A DNA stretch of 15,047 nucleotides from Leptospira sp. Lineage in GTDB: Bacteria > Spirochaetota > Leptospiria > Leptospirales > Leptospiraceae. The stretch spans positions 1 to 15,047 of the forward strand of contig JAWXAQ010000034.1 in NCBI GenBank assembly GCA_034439575.1. The letters are read 5' to 3'. Shown here piece after piece: positions 1-7,601 of the stretch. The position numbers and the translations under genes were made by a program. Below the pieces are notes generated by a model. It had not been told where the DNA came from, ran no database searches, and saw only the letters and a program-made list of their open reading frames with translations. Position 1 is the first letter of the stretch. The number at the start of each line of letters is the position of its first letter.

Positions 1-872
1 ATATTTAAAGTGTTAAATTTAAAAATAGGATTTATGATTCTTTGTAGTTTGAGAACTAATGGATCAATTAGTGGTTTATTTATAAAATCTTTATACTTGA
101 GAGTCGAATCGTCGATTGACTTTAATTCATCATTTAATTCAGTATAATTATCTAAAAAGGATTCTAATTTATCAAAAAGTGTGTTAAGGAATCTTTTTTC
201 GGAACCTCGGATTTTTTCAGCTGTATCTTGTTTGGTAAATTCAGTTTCTGATTTTTTATTGATTCCTTTTGGTTTGTTTTTTTTATGATTTTTAAAGTCA
301 TTATCAACATTAGAATATTCTTTGAGTATCTCTTTTGCTCGCTTGAGTTTTTGATTCTGAGATCTGATATCCTTTGAATTTTTTTCTAAATTAATTTGTA
401 TAGAATCAATTTTCGATTTTATTTCATCAATTTCTAAAAATGCAATCTTGTCTATTAAATCTAATCGGGCTCCACTATTTCTACCAATTTCTTCAATTTC
501 CTGTGCAGGAAAAATATCGCAGGCCAATTCTCTATTGATAGTTTCAAGTGGCACTAAATCAACCGCAGACTCAAATCCACAATAAGGCTGTGGTTCTTCA
601 CCAAAAGACTTCTCTATTTGATAAGAATCGCCAGAATCTGTTTCCATATATAATTTTATTAAACCATCGCCCAGATTATTTTTCAGGATACTAATGGTAT
701 CTCTATCCTCTTCCGCACTAAGTTCAAGGCATGATTTAATAAAGTATAGAATGGTTGATTTTCCTGTACCCCTTCCTCCCATAATGCATGTGAGATTTTT
801 AGAAAAATCGATACGAAGTTTTGAATCAAAAAAATTTGACTTTGAAATTTCTATTTTTTTTATATTTCTCAT
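1..872 (-). CDS. SMC/ABC-superfamily ATPase with coiled coil (TrlF/Ppl-ATPase-like), 5' part only; runs off the left edge
   Basis: Translated by hand. ATG at 872 has an in-frame TAA directly upstream and an AAAGAG purine tract before it. The frame is open for 290 codons to the window edge: MRNIKKIEISKSNFFDSKLRIDFSKNLTCIMGGRGTGKSTILYFIK... It has a Walker A motif (GGRGTGKST) after the SMC-type 'IDFSKNLTCI' strand, a Q-loop-like 'IFPAQEIEEI', then a K/E-rich coiled coil. Confidence 0.85.
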   Translation of the reverse strand, partial: MRNIKKIEISKSNFFDSKLRIDFSKNLTCIMGGRGTGKSTILYFIKSCLELSAEEDRDTISILKNNLGDGLIKLYMETDSGDSYQIEKSFGEEPQPYCGFESAVDLVPLETINRELACDIFPAQEIEEIGRNSGARLDLIDKIAFLEIDEIKSKIDSIQINLEKNSKDIRSQNQKLKRAKEILKEYSNVDNDFKNHKKNKPKGINKKSETEFTKQDTAEKIRGSEKRFLNTLFDKLESFLDNYTELNDELKSIDDSTLKYKDFINKPLIDPLVLKLQRIINPIFKFNTLN

Positions 873-1509
873 TTATATTTATCTCTTTGAAAACTTCCTA
901 ATAAATAGAATGCAATAGTTCCGTTAAATGAAAATTCTCAAAAAACTGACATTGTCTTTGATACGATACAATAAGTTAGGTTTTCATAGAAATCATTAAC
1001 CAAAAGACATCGGAAATTCAATTTGAGTCAACTATTTTACTGTAATGCGAGATAATTCAGATATGTATTCTTATTAAGAAACAAATGATGCCTCTGTTAG
1101 TCCCCGTTGATTTTTCGATATAGTAACTCTTGTTCCCTTTTTTCTAGCCCATCTTAAGGATGCTTTTAATGGGCTAAGATATTTTAACAAAGAATTTACT
1201 AATTCATTGTCAATTCAAAGTTTTCTAGACTCACATAATCTAGAAAAAATTTGCTCTAGCAATTATTTCCAAATGATTTCTTGAGTTATCTTACCAGCTA
1301 ACAATTTTTCTAGAAAACAAATAAAAAATCATCCAGAATAGTATTTCTTTTACCCTCGCCACATGACACCTAGAACTTACGCTAAATTAAGTCATGGACG
1401 ATTTGTTTTGTATGTCGAGATTACTTCGAACTATATCGATATTCTATGTAGTCTGAATACTTTTTAGCCGACACTTTTCTAATTCATTTTTAACTCAAAA
1501 TTCTCAGTT

Positions 1510-1908
1510 TTAACATAACTTAGAAAAGAATGTGATCAATATATTATAAAATACTTCAAAGTAATCATTGAGATTATTTTTTGCGTCTTTTAGATTCTGA
1601 ATAACATTGAAATTGATTTCTCTTTTTAAAGTTGCAAAGAAAGATTTAGTAATGGCGTTATTCCAACAATTTCCTTTTCTGCTATTACTTCTTATGATTC
1701 GGTTCTTCACTAAGGTTTTTCATACTTCCACAGAACAATAATTTGATACTAGGTCAGTCTGAATTATTAAACCTTTCTTAGGATATCTTGAACATATTGC
1801 TAAGTTAATAGTTCTAACAACTCGTTCCGAATCATTATTTATGCTTAATCTCCAGCTCACATCTTTAATCGAATATAAGTCAATGAACACACAAATATGC
1901 AGCCTTCC
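1510..1908 (-). pseudogene. IS3-family transposase OrfB (DDE integrase core) remnant
   Basis: One frame reads GRLHICVFIDLYSIKDVSW...GLIIQTDLVSNYCSVEV*KTLVKNRIIRSNSRKGNCWNNAITKSFFATLKRE. This is a decayed form of the IS3 motifs GWLYL..IDL.SR...GW, HSDRGSQY and KGNCWDNA..ESFF..LKRE. There is an internal TGA at 1720-1722 and the catalytic E position reads K. Confidence 0.9.
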
Positions 1909-1928
1909 AGAGTAGCATCGGGATTCTG

Positions 1929-2213
1929 TTATCGGGAGAGAATGATTGTAAACTTTTTATAAATTGCATTCTCCTTTTTCAATCGAATGTGTTCTTTTCG
2001 ATTTTTTTTAAGCTCTTCGCTATATTTGATCTGCTTATCTGTTAGGAGACTAACTTGATCGGACTTTTTCAAGAATTCAGCTTTCCATTGTAGTAACAAA
2101 TAGTAACCTATGCCCAACGATTCGGAAACTTCTTTTATCGTAAACGAAACTGACATGGCTCGCTTAACTGCATGTTCTTTAAACTCAGGGGAGTATTTTC
2201 CTCGTCTGCTCAT
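1929..2213 (-). CDS. IS3-family transposase OrfA (HTH), possibly non-functional
   Basis: KYSPEFKEHAVKR...TIKEVSESLGI...LLQWK followed by a leucine-zipper-like LKKENAIYKK is the typical IS3 OrfA layout. Confidence 0.88.
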   Translation of the reverse strand: MSRRGKYSPEFKEHAVKRAMSVSFTIKEVSESLGIGYYLLLQWKAEFLKKSDQVSLLTDKQIKYSEELKKNRKEHIRLKKENAIYKKFTIILSR

Positions 2214-2386
2214 TTGAACTTCTTGCTTTTTCCTGCAACAAAGGTGTCTGTTTTTATGAAGTCAGGCTATACCGCCTCGCATTGTCTCCGACTAATGACT
2301 CTTCTTATATTAGTATGTATACTCAAGGCGAATTAGACATGAGAAAATATCAATTAGCAAAGAATTGATAAAAAACATTCAATCTA

Positions 2387-3172
2387 TTACAGCCAATTTT
2401 CAATTTTTATAGACTTACGTTCGATTAGTTTTTGCCCTGAATAACCTTGAGTTGGTTCATCCAACATTTTGATTAGCTCTTTAAATCTTTCTGGAATTGT
2501 CAATGAATCATAATTATCACAAACTTGAACATTATAATATGGTAATTCAATTTTCGGTGTATTCAAAGTCATAGTTTGATTAAATGCGTCTTCGACGAAA
2601 AGATTGATACTCTCACTAAAGTCTATTGCATTTGGAAATGATACAACGTATCCAGGGTCAGCTTGAAAAAAAATATTCTGTAATTCATTCCCATTCAGTG
2701 ACATTAGATCATCGACGAGAGAATTAAAATTTTTATTCTCACTTATTGAAATTAATCTCTCCCCCATTGTTTCACTTTCCCATTCAAATTTATCATATTT
2801 TTCAGATTCAGCAAACTCTCGCAGTTTCAAATAAAATTCCGAAATTAAATTATAAATAGAAATTTTTAAATTAAGTATTGTATGTTGCTTTTCGAAAGCA
2901 TCGGTTAAGACTAAGGAAAAATTACAATATTCATCATCGAGTTTTTGATAGTTAAGAGTGGTTCCAGAACCCTCCTCGTCTATGTATAATGAACAATCAA
3001 CATGGCCTTCAATAATATTTTCTAACGAGATAATTAGTTCAGGAAATGGATCTAGCCAATCAGAAGCATGTATTTTCCATTCTTTTTGATCACCGCTAAT
3101 AAGGAAATAAATCCAACCAGATTTTGCATTTAGAAAATCAACATTCAATAAATTGTAATCTATATTATTCAT
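2387..3172 (-). CDS. Hypothetical acidic protein, 261 aa
   Basis: Long ORF in very AT-rich DNA with AGGA about 10 nt upstream of the ATG. D/E-rich; no catalytic motif recognised. Confidence 0.8.
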   Translation of the reverse strand: MNNIDYNLLNVDFLNAKSGWIYFLISGDQKEWKIHASDWLDPFPELIISLENIIEGHVDCSLYIDEEGSGTTLNYQKLDDEYCNFSLVLTDAFEKQHTILNLKISIYNLISEFYLKLREFAESEKYDKFEWESETMGERLISISENKNFNSLVDDLMSLNGNELQNIFFQADPGYVVSFPNAIDFSESINLFVEDAFNQTMTLNTPKIELPYYNVQVCDNYDSLTIPERFKELIKMLDEPTQGYSGQKLIERKSIKIENWL

Positions 3173-3373
3173 TGGAGTTATTTCCTATAATGTATACTGT
3201 TCGATTGAATTTTTTCTTCGCCAAGCACTCGTCAACTCATATTTAAAAACTTAAATTTTTAATATCAGATCGGAAATGTTTTAAGTAAAAAGGAAATTGA
3301 ATTATCTTAATTTATTCTCAGAAAAATTTTCCAAATCTTACACTTATTAATGAATTCATTCCATTCTTAATCT

Positions 3374-3403
3374 CGACCTTAGCGAACTTTTCCGCTAAGG
3401 TCG
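3374..3403. repeat. Perfect 11-bp inverted repeat with 8-bp spacer
   Basis: CGACCTTAGCG-aacttttc-CGCTAAGGTCG. Confidence 0.85.
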
Positions 3404-3501
3404 CTCTTGTAATTGAAATTAAGGTCTATTTTCAGTTACAGAATTCTGTCATTGAAATATAACCTGATTTTCATTTACAACATTTTCACCTAACGCCTAA
3501 A

Positions 3502-3553
3502 TTCAAGTACAGTCATTGAAAAAGTGGGGGGTTTTTAAATGTCTGTACTTGAA
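3502..3553. repeat. 52-bp imperfect palindrome
   Basis: TTCAAGTACAG-t-CATT-g-AAAAA-gtgggggg-TTTTT-a-AATG-t-CTGTACTTGAA: 20 of 22 arm positions pair, 8-nt centre. Confidence 0.85.
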
Positions 3554-4590
3554 AAAACGCCCTTTTTTACGAAGCATATAAAGAACTCTTATAAGAACCT
3601 TCTTTCAGAACACTAGCGTAAATGAAAAATAGGCTATTTTTCAAAGACAAGAAAGATTAAGATTCAAATACCACGCCTTTTCAACTGATTATGCTCTATT
3701 TGTTCATTTGTCTTATGATCTTGTAACTTAAATTGAATCGTTATTTATTTCAGCATTTCTATCACTTGCTTTCACCAAAGGCTTCGTTATAACTTTAGAA
3801 ATCATATTTTCACTCATTTGGATTTTTGCAGAACAAATCCCTGTCCTCTAAAAAGCGATAAAATCAATCTAGGAAGATTTCTTGGGCTTTCCTGCCCTGA
3901 TCTATACTTTTGGCATTGGAACGCTCTCAGGGCCATTAGGAGATCAATTTGAATGGATTCTGGAAGTCTTCTGTCAATGTCGAATTAGATTTCATATTAC
4001 TTTCACTCAGATGATAGCCCTACTCCATTGATCGCACTTAAATCTGATCGTTTGGTTTTCCTGAAAGTTAATTCAATTACAAGGCGAACTGCCCATCAAT
4101 TCCAGAAGGCTATGACCGGACAAAACTTTCTGATAGTATCTCAACGTGGAATTTTTGACGGTTCTCAGATAGAATAAAGTTTTGTTCCTCACGAGAGAGA
4201 GATTTGTGCTAACTTCCCTTTCCTGTACAAGAATGGTAAGAAGTTTGTCTGATCAACATTTCGATTACTGCCTAGATAATGCTATAGCCCATCTTATTTA
4301 AATTCCTTTCAATTACAGTACCAATACTTTTTCCGATAGTTGTAAATGACTTCGCTTAAGCAAAATGACTGAAAGAGTCGTGTACAACAAAAAGTAATCA
4401 ATACTCGGATTCGGTCCAGGTATCAATACTACAAGAACATACTACCGATATTTTATTTGCAGTTTTGATTAACTAACCTTTGCATTGAAAATCCTTAATG
4501 AGTTATTATTTTTGCGATATATAGGATGTTGTGAAAATGTTAGAAAAATAAATTCCGATCAATTCTCCTTAAGCTATCCATCGATCTAAA

Positions 4591-5331
4591 TCAAATAGCA
4601 AATTCTTTCCCAAATTTTTCTACAAGTGAGTTAGCAAGTGCCTGGACAGACTGTTCAATTGACATGTCTTCCTTTTCCATTTCATCAGATTTCGGAAGTC
4701 GACCAGTTTTCTCTAGGTAATTCAATGCTAGTTTTCCCGCTTTGATCTTGTCTTTAAACTCATATTTTCCTGAAGCTATCTCTGATAGGATATGAAACAT
4801 TCCGACGGCTACTGTGACAGCATCCCCTTGTATTTCATTTACGATTTTAAGTTCAATCTCATCTACATACTTCTTAAACTCCACATCATGTTTATAATGA
4901 TAACTGAACCAATCTTTTCCCTTATGAAGATGCTGACCAATACGCGTCTTATACATTCCATTGCGAAATAAAATAAGCCCAGCTTCCTTAACGGGTGTAA
5001 CCTTTGGAAATTCTCTAAACGGAACGACGGATCTATTTTCAGGAATAGGTTGGAATTCTTTTCCTCCCCTACTCTCCAAAATGATCTCATCGGCTTCCCG
5101 ACTCGACACGTTATTTTCGTTCGGGTTTGTCGAGTTTTTCGGGTTATCATTTTCCCTCAAATTAGGTATTACGCTACTTTGTTTTCCTTTTACACGCTTG
5201 TTAGGTGTCTTTTTACGAGGTGTTTTCTTTTTAGGTGTCATTGAGGAAGTGATAAATTTTGGTAGATTAGCATCTGTCAATGAATAATGCGATGTAACTT
5301 TAAATTGAATAACCTCGCTACGATCAAGCAT
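4591..5331 (-). CDS. Hypothetical basic/HTH-like protein, possibly phage terminase small-subunit-like; true start may be MTPKKK at 5241
   Basis: 246-codon ORF. Low-complexity basic N-terminus (TPKKKTPRKKTPNKR), an HTH-like segment ending in W...DVEFKKYVDEI, then helices 'HILSEIA...DKIKAGKLALNYLEKTG' that recall small-terminase oligomerisation helices. The ORF is credible; the function is pattern recognition only. Confidence 0.5.
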   Translation of the reverse strand: MLDRSEVIQFKVTSHYSLTDANLPKFITSSMTPKKKTPRKKTPNKRVKGKQSSVIPNLRENDNPKNSTNPNENNVSSREADEIILESRGGKEFQPIPENRSVVPFREFPKVTPVKEAGLILFRNGMYKTRIGQHLHKGKDWFSYHYKHDVEFKKYVDEIELKIVNEIQGDAVTVAVGMFHILSEIASGKYEFKDKIKAGKLALNYLEKTGRLPKSDEMEKEDMSIEQSVQALANSLVEKFGKEFAI

Positions 5332-5340
5332 CGTAGAACA

Positions 5341-5690
5341 TTAGAGTTCTATAAAAAAGTTCAATAACCCGTCATAGACTACTACAGTAATCTATACTAG
5401 AAATTTCGAAATTTAAGTTTTCAATGTTAGGCAAATCAAAACTCGTAGGTGAAAAATTTCGAGATATGAAATACATTTCTGCTGCGATTATTCTTGAAAA
5501 AGTGTATGTCAGATACTTTTTCGTAAATGAAAATCCTAAGAACTCATATAACTAAAATCGTAATCGAACTCTCAAATCCGATTTCCTCGATGTCATTTTG
5601 CTCTCCATCCGGAAAATAAAGTTTAGCCAATTCACCAAAAAACTATATGATTTTTCCAAAGAGTTCGGTCTCAAACATCGAAGGTTTCAT
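5341..5690 (-). pseudogene. Possible disrupted small gene directly downstream of rep
   Basis: ATG at 5690 directly abuts the rep TAA. It reads MKPSMFETELFGKII*FFGELAKLYFPDGEQNDIEEIGFESSITIL, then continues in a shifted frame as LYEFLGFSFTKKYLTYTFSRIIAAEMYF... This fills the gap to the next ORF. No homolog recognised. Confidence 0.3.
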
Positions 5691-6245
5691 TTAAGTTACG
5701 CCACTCCAACGGTTCCAATAGGTTTGGGCAGACCCAGTTAGATTAACCGGTGATTCACAGGCATTCAAAGTGGCCCATGTGGTCGGTGTGACTTTTCCTT
5801 TGCTCCATTCCAAAAATAATTCCCAACTCTTATGTAATTTATTATGTACCTCTATTGTACTAAGAGGCCTTGTCGAAAACACAGAGGCTGCATTGGATTT
5901 TTTAACAGGGCTTGGTTGGAATTTTGGCACATCCTCTTTGGCAAGGCTTGGACTTTTTTCCAATGCTACAGACGGTGCTTGCTCCTTAAATATCGGTGTC
6001 AAAAATCTGCGTCTGCCATCGAAGCCTGTCTGTTTGATGATTCCTTTTTTCTTTAGCTCGGCAATCAGTCGTGATACGGTGTCTTTTTTTAAGCCTATGA
6101 CTTCTGAGAAATATTGGTTCGACGCAAAACATCCACCCTTGTCATGAAGGGATACGATCTCTGCGAGTAATTTTGTTTGGCTGTGGGATAAGCGGAGTCT
6201 CTCAATCCACACAGGGATCCAAATGCCTGTTCGGTTTGTTTTCAT
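5691..6245 (-). CDS. rep: HTH-domain replication initiator (Leptospira phage LE1 / secondary replicon Rep-like)
   Basis: GIWIP...LS..QTKLLAEIVSL...GGCFASNQYFSEVIGLKKDTVSRLIAELKKKGII is a phage-replisome-organiser-type winged HTH. The middle linker is repeat-rich. The gene lies directly downstream of parAB. Confidence 0.75.
   Translation of the reverse strand: MKTNRTGIWIPVWIERLRLSHSQTKLLAEIVSLHDKGGCFASNQYFSEVIGLKKDTVSRLIAELKKKGIIKQTGFDGRRRFLTPIFKEQAPSVALEKSPSLAKEDVPKFQPSPVKKSNAASVFSTRPLSTIEVHNKLHKSWELFLEWSKGKVTPTTWATLNACESPVNLTGSAQTYWNRWSGVT
5825..5966 (-). other. Candidate replication origin inside rep (iteron-like repeats plus AT-rich 12-bp periodic repeats)
   Basis: TTGGA(T/A/C)TTTT at 5893, 5916 and 5948; inverted pair GCATTGGA (5890-5897) / TCCAATGC (5959-5966). 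Downstream on the - strand, AGTACAATAGAGGTACATAATAAATTACATAAGAG has TACA at 12-bp spacing. Confidence 0.45.
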
Positions 6246-6458
6246 TTTTAGGTTCCATTCACATCAGGACACGCCTTCGGCTAGAGCAGATGATTGTTTT
6301 TTTTGCCGCACTTCACTCCCCTACTCTGCCAAAAGACAAGCCTATGGCGTCGTAAATAAGTTTGGTGTTAACTGGAATGGTTTTGATTCCAGATTTTCTT
6401 CTACAATGGCAATGTGAGAGCGCCATAAGACAATCCGTGTCAGAAAGTCTTGCTACCG

Positions 6459-6487
6459 ATGAAACAACAGAGGGAAAATTCTGTCAA
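6459..6487 (-). promoter_or_regulatory. Possible sigma70 promoter for rep
   Basis: TTGACA (6487-6482), a 17-bp spacer, then TTTCAT (6464-6459). The -35 is perfect but the -10 is weak. Confidence 0.3.
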
Positions 6488-6545
6488 TACCTAAAGAGAC
6501 ATATTTCTGATTATTTGCGCATTAGAAAGGAAGGGGGGAAATGAC

Positions 6546-6577
6546 TCGTTGGGGAATCTCTCACAATCCCCCAACGA
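6546..6577. repeat. GC-rich stem-loop in the parB-rep intergenic region
   Basis: TCGTTGGGG-N14-CCCCAACGA, a perfect 9-bp stem that extends to 12 bp with one G-U pair on the - strand. No U-tract follows it on either strand. Confidence 0.7.
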
Positions 6578-6622
6578 AAAGAGAAGAAAATCTGGTAAGA
6601 GATTTGTATTCACAATATAGCC

Positions 6623-6651
6623 GGTACCGATTTTGGGTACCACTTTTTTTT
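6623..6651 (+). terminator. Possible intrinsic terminator for a + strand (antisense) transcript
   Basis: GGTACC-gattttg-GGTACC followed by AC and a run of 8 T. Confidence 0.35.
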
Positions 6652-6662
6652 ATTTTCTTACG

Positions 6663-6693
6663 AAAAAAAATTGGGCATTTATTTTAACTGCCC
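6663..6693 (-). terminator. Possible weak intrinsic terminator after parB
   Basis: - strand GGGCA-g-TTA-aaa-TAA-a-TGCCC followed by AA and 8 T, starting about 26 nt after the parB stop. Confidence 0.4.
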
Positions 6694-6719
6694 GTACAAA
6701 AACAGCCTCACTTACTCGG

Positions 6720-7592
6720 CTATCTTTTGGCTTTTTTAATAGCGTCTTCGATTTCCTGTTTGCGGTATTGCAATTCGGTGATCTTTTGTTTTACTTTTGT
6801 TAGTTCCGCTTTTAATGAATCAAGAGAAACTGATTTTGGTTTTATTTTTTTGGTGTTAGTGACCTTCAGTGGTCGTACGTATTCGCGAAAATTTGCACGT
6901 GCTGGAAAATCACCCGTCTTTGCTTTTGTGTTTAGAAGGAAGTTTAGTGCCTTTTGCCGTCCCGCTTTTTCTAAGGGTGCGAGTTCAGTAAATAGACTTG
7001 TTGGAATGTCACTAAGTAAGTTTTGGTCGGTGAGTTTTGTTGTGCCCTGCCCTTCTTTCAAAACTTCAGCATGAGTGATTTTCATCTTGATCCACTGAGC
7101 TGATTTGTTTAGTCGTTTGGCCAGTTGTTCATTGGTTTCATTGTGACGTTTTTTAAGTTCACTCAGTGACAAAGCTAAATCTGCATCGCGTAAATCCTCT
7201 CTTTGTAAATTCTCAATAAGTTTAATCTCAGGAAGTTTAGAAGGATCTAACTGTTCTACATTTTTGACAATGGCAATGATCGTTTTTCTTTTTAATAAAA
7301 GATGTGCACGTAATCGTCTTTCGCCATTGATAAGTTCATATTTGCCTTCTTTTTTTCGGACAACGATAGGTTGCAAGAGGCCATAGGCCGAGATTGATTC
7401 AGCAAGTTCGCGAATCGTAGCATCAATGAACTGCTTTCTGGGATTTTCTTTGACGATGATTTCCGAGACAGGTATGTCGATGGTATTGTGTTGAGTGGTT
7501 CCGCTTGAATTTAAAAATACATTCGGACTAGCGTTTCTCTCGCTCGCTCTAGAAAGAATGGATGAGGGATCAAAATTTGATTTACCTTTCAT
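6720..7592 (-). CDS. parB: ParB/RepB/Spo0J-family partition protein
   Basis: NPRKQF, LAESI...GLLQPIVV, the GERRLRA arginine patch, ENLQREDL, then an HTH. GGAG ribosome-binding site upstream; follows parA. Confidence 0.95.
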   Translation of the reverse strand: MKGKSNFDPSSILSRASERNASPNVFLNSSGTTQHNTIDIPVSEIIVKENPRKQFIDATIRELAESISAYGLLQPIVVRKKEGKYELINGERRLRAHLLLKRKTIIAIVKNVEQLDPSKLPEIKLIENLQREDLRDADLALSLSELKKRHNETNEQLAKRLNKSAQWIKMKITHAEVLKEGQGTTKLTDQNLLSDIPTSLFTELAPLEKAGRQKALNFLLNTKAKTGDFPARANFREYVRPLKVTNTKKIKPKSVSLDSLKAELTKVKQKITELQYRKQEIEDAIKKAKR

Positions 7593-7601
7593 GATATCTC
7601 C

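Larger units (their letters stand above)
1447..2271 (-). mobile_element. Degenerate, internally deleted IS3-family insertion sequence (825 bp)
   Basis: Imperfect terminal inverted repeats: + strand TGTAGTCTGAATACTTTTTAGCCGACACT from 1447 versus - strand TATAGCCTGACTTCATAAAAACAGACACC from 2271 (18/29 identical, shared GACAC core). They enclose orfA and an orfB remnant. No target-site duplication is visible. Confidence 0.8.

Noticed and set aside
694..918. 74-aa + strand ORF in the track
   Set aside because: It is the antisense shadow of the ATPase gene's Walker A region.
2272..3200. Integron-cassette (attC) reading of the 261-aa gene, from GTCTAAT downstream, ATTATAG upstream and the short CGCCT/AGGCG and ACTAAT/ATTAGT pairs
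   Set aside because: Both boxes miss the invariant AAC/GTT, the upstream match overlaps a plain AGGA ribosome-binding site, and there is no array or integrase.
3502..3553. Protelomerase target or hairpin-telomere reading of the 52-bp palindrome
   Set aside because: Such targets are symmetric through the centre; this one has an asymmetric 8-nt core, and no protelomerase is in the window.
1145..4296. 12-bp direct repeat TAGCCCATCTTA at 1145-1156 and 4285-4296 as possible att sites
   Set aside because: Several 12-bp matches are expected by chance in 15 kb of AT-rich DNA; no integrase is present and the match does not extend.
4863..6544. Short alternative-frame and antisense ORFs overlapping ORF246, rep and the rep leader
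   Set aside because: They overlap better-supported genes and show no recognisable motifs.
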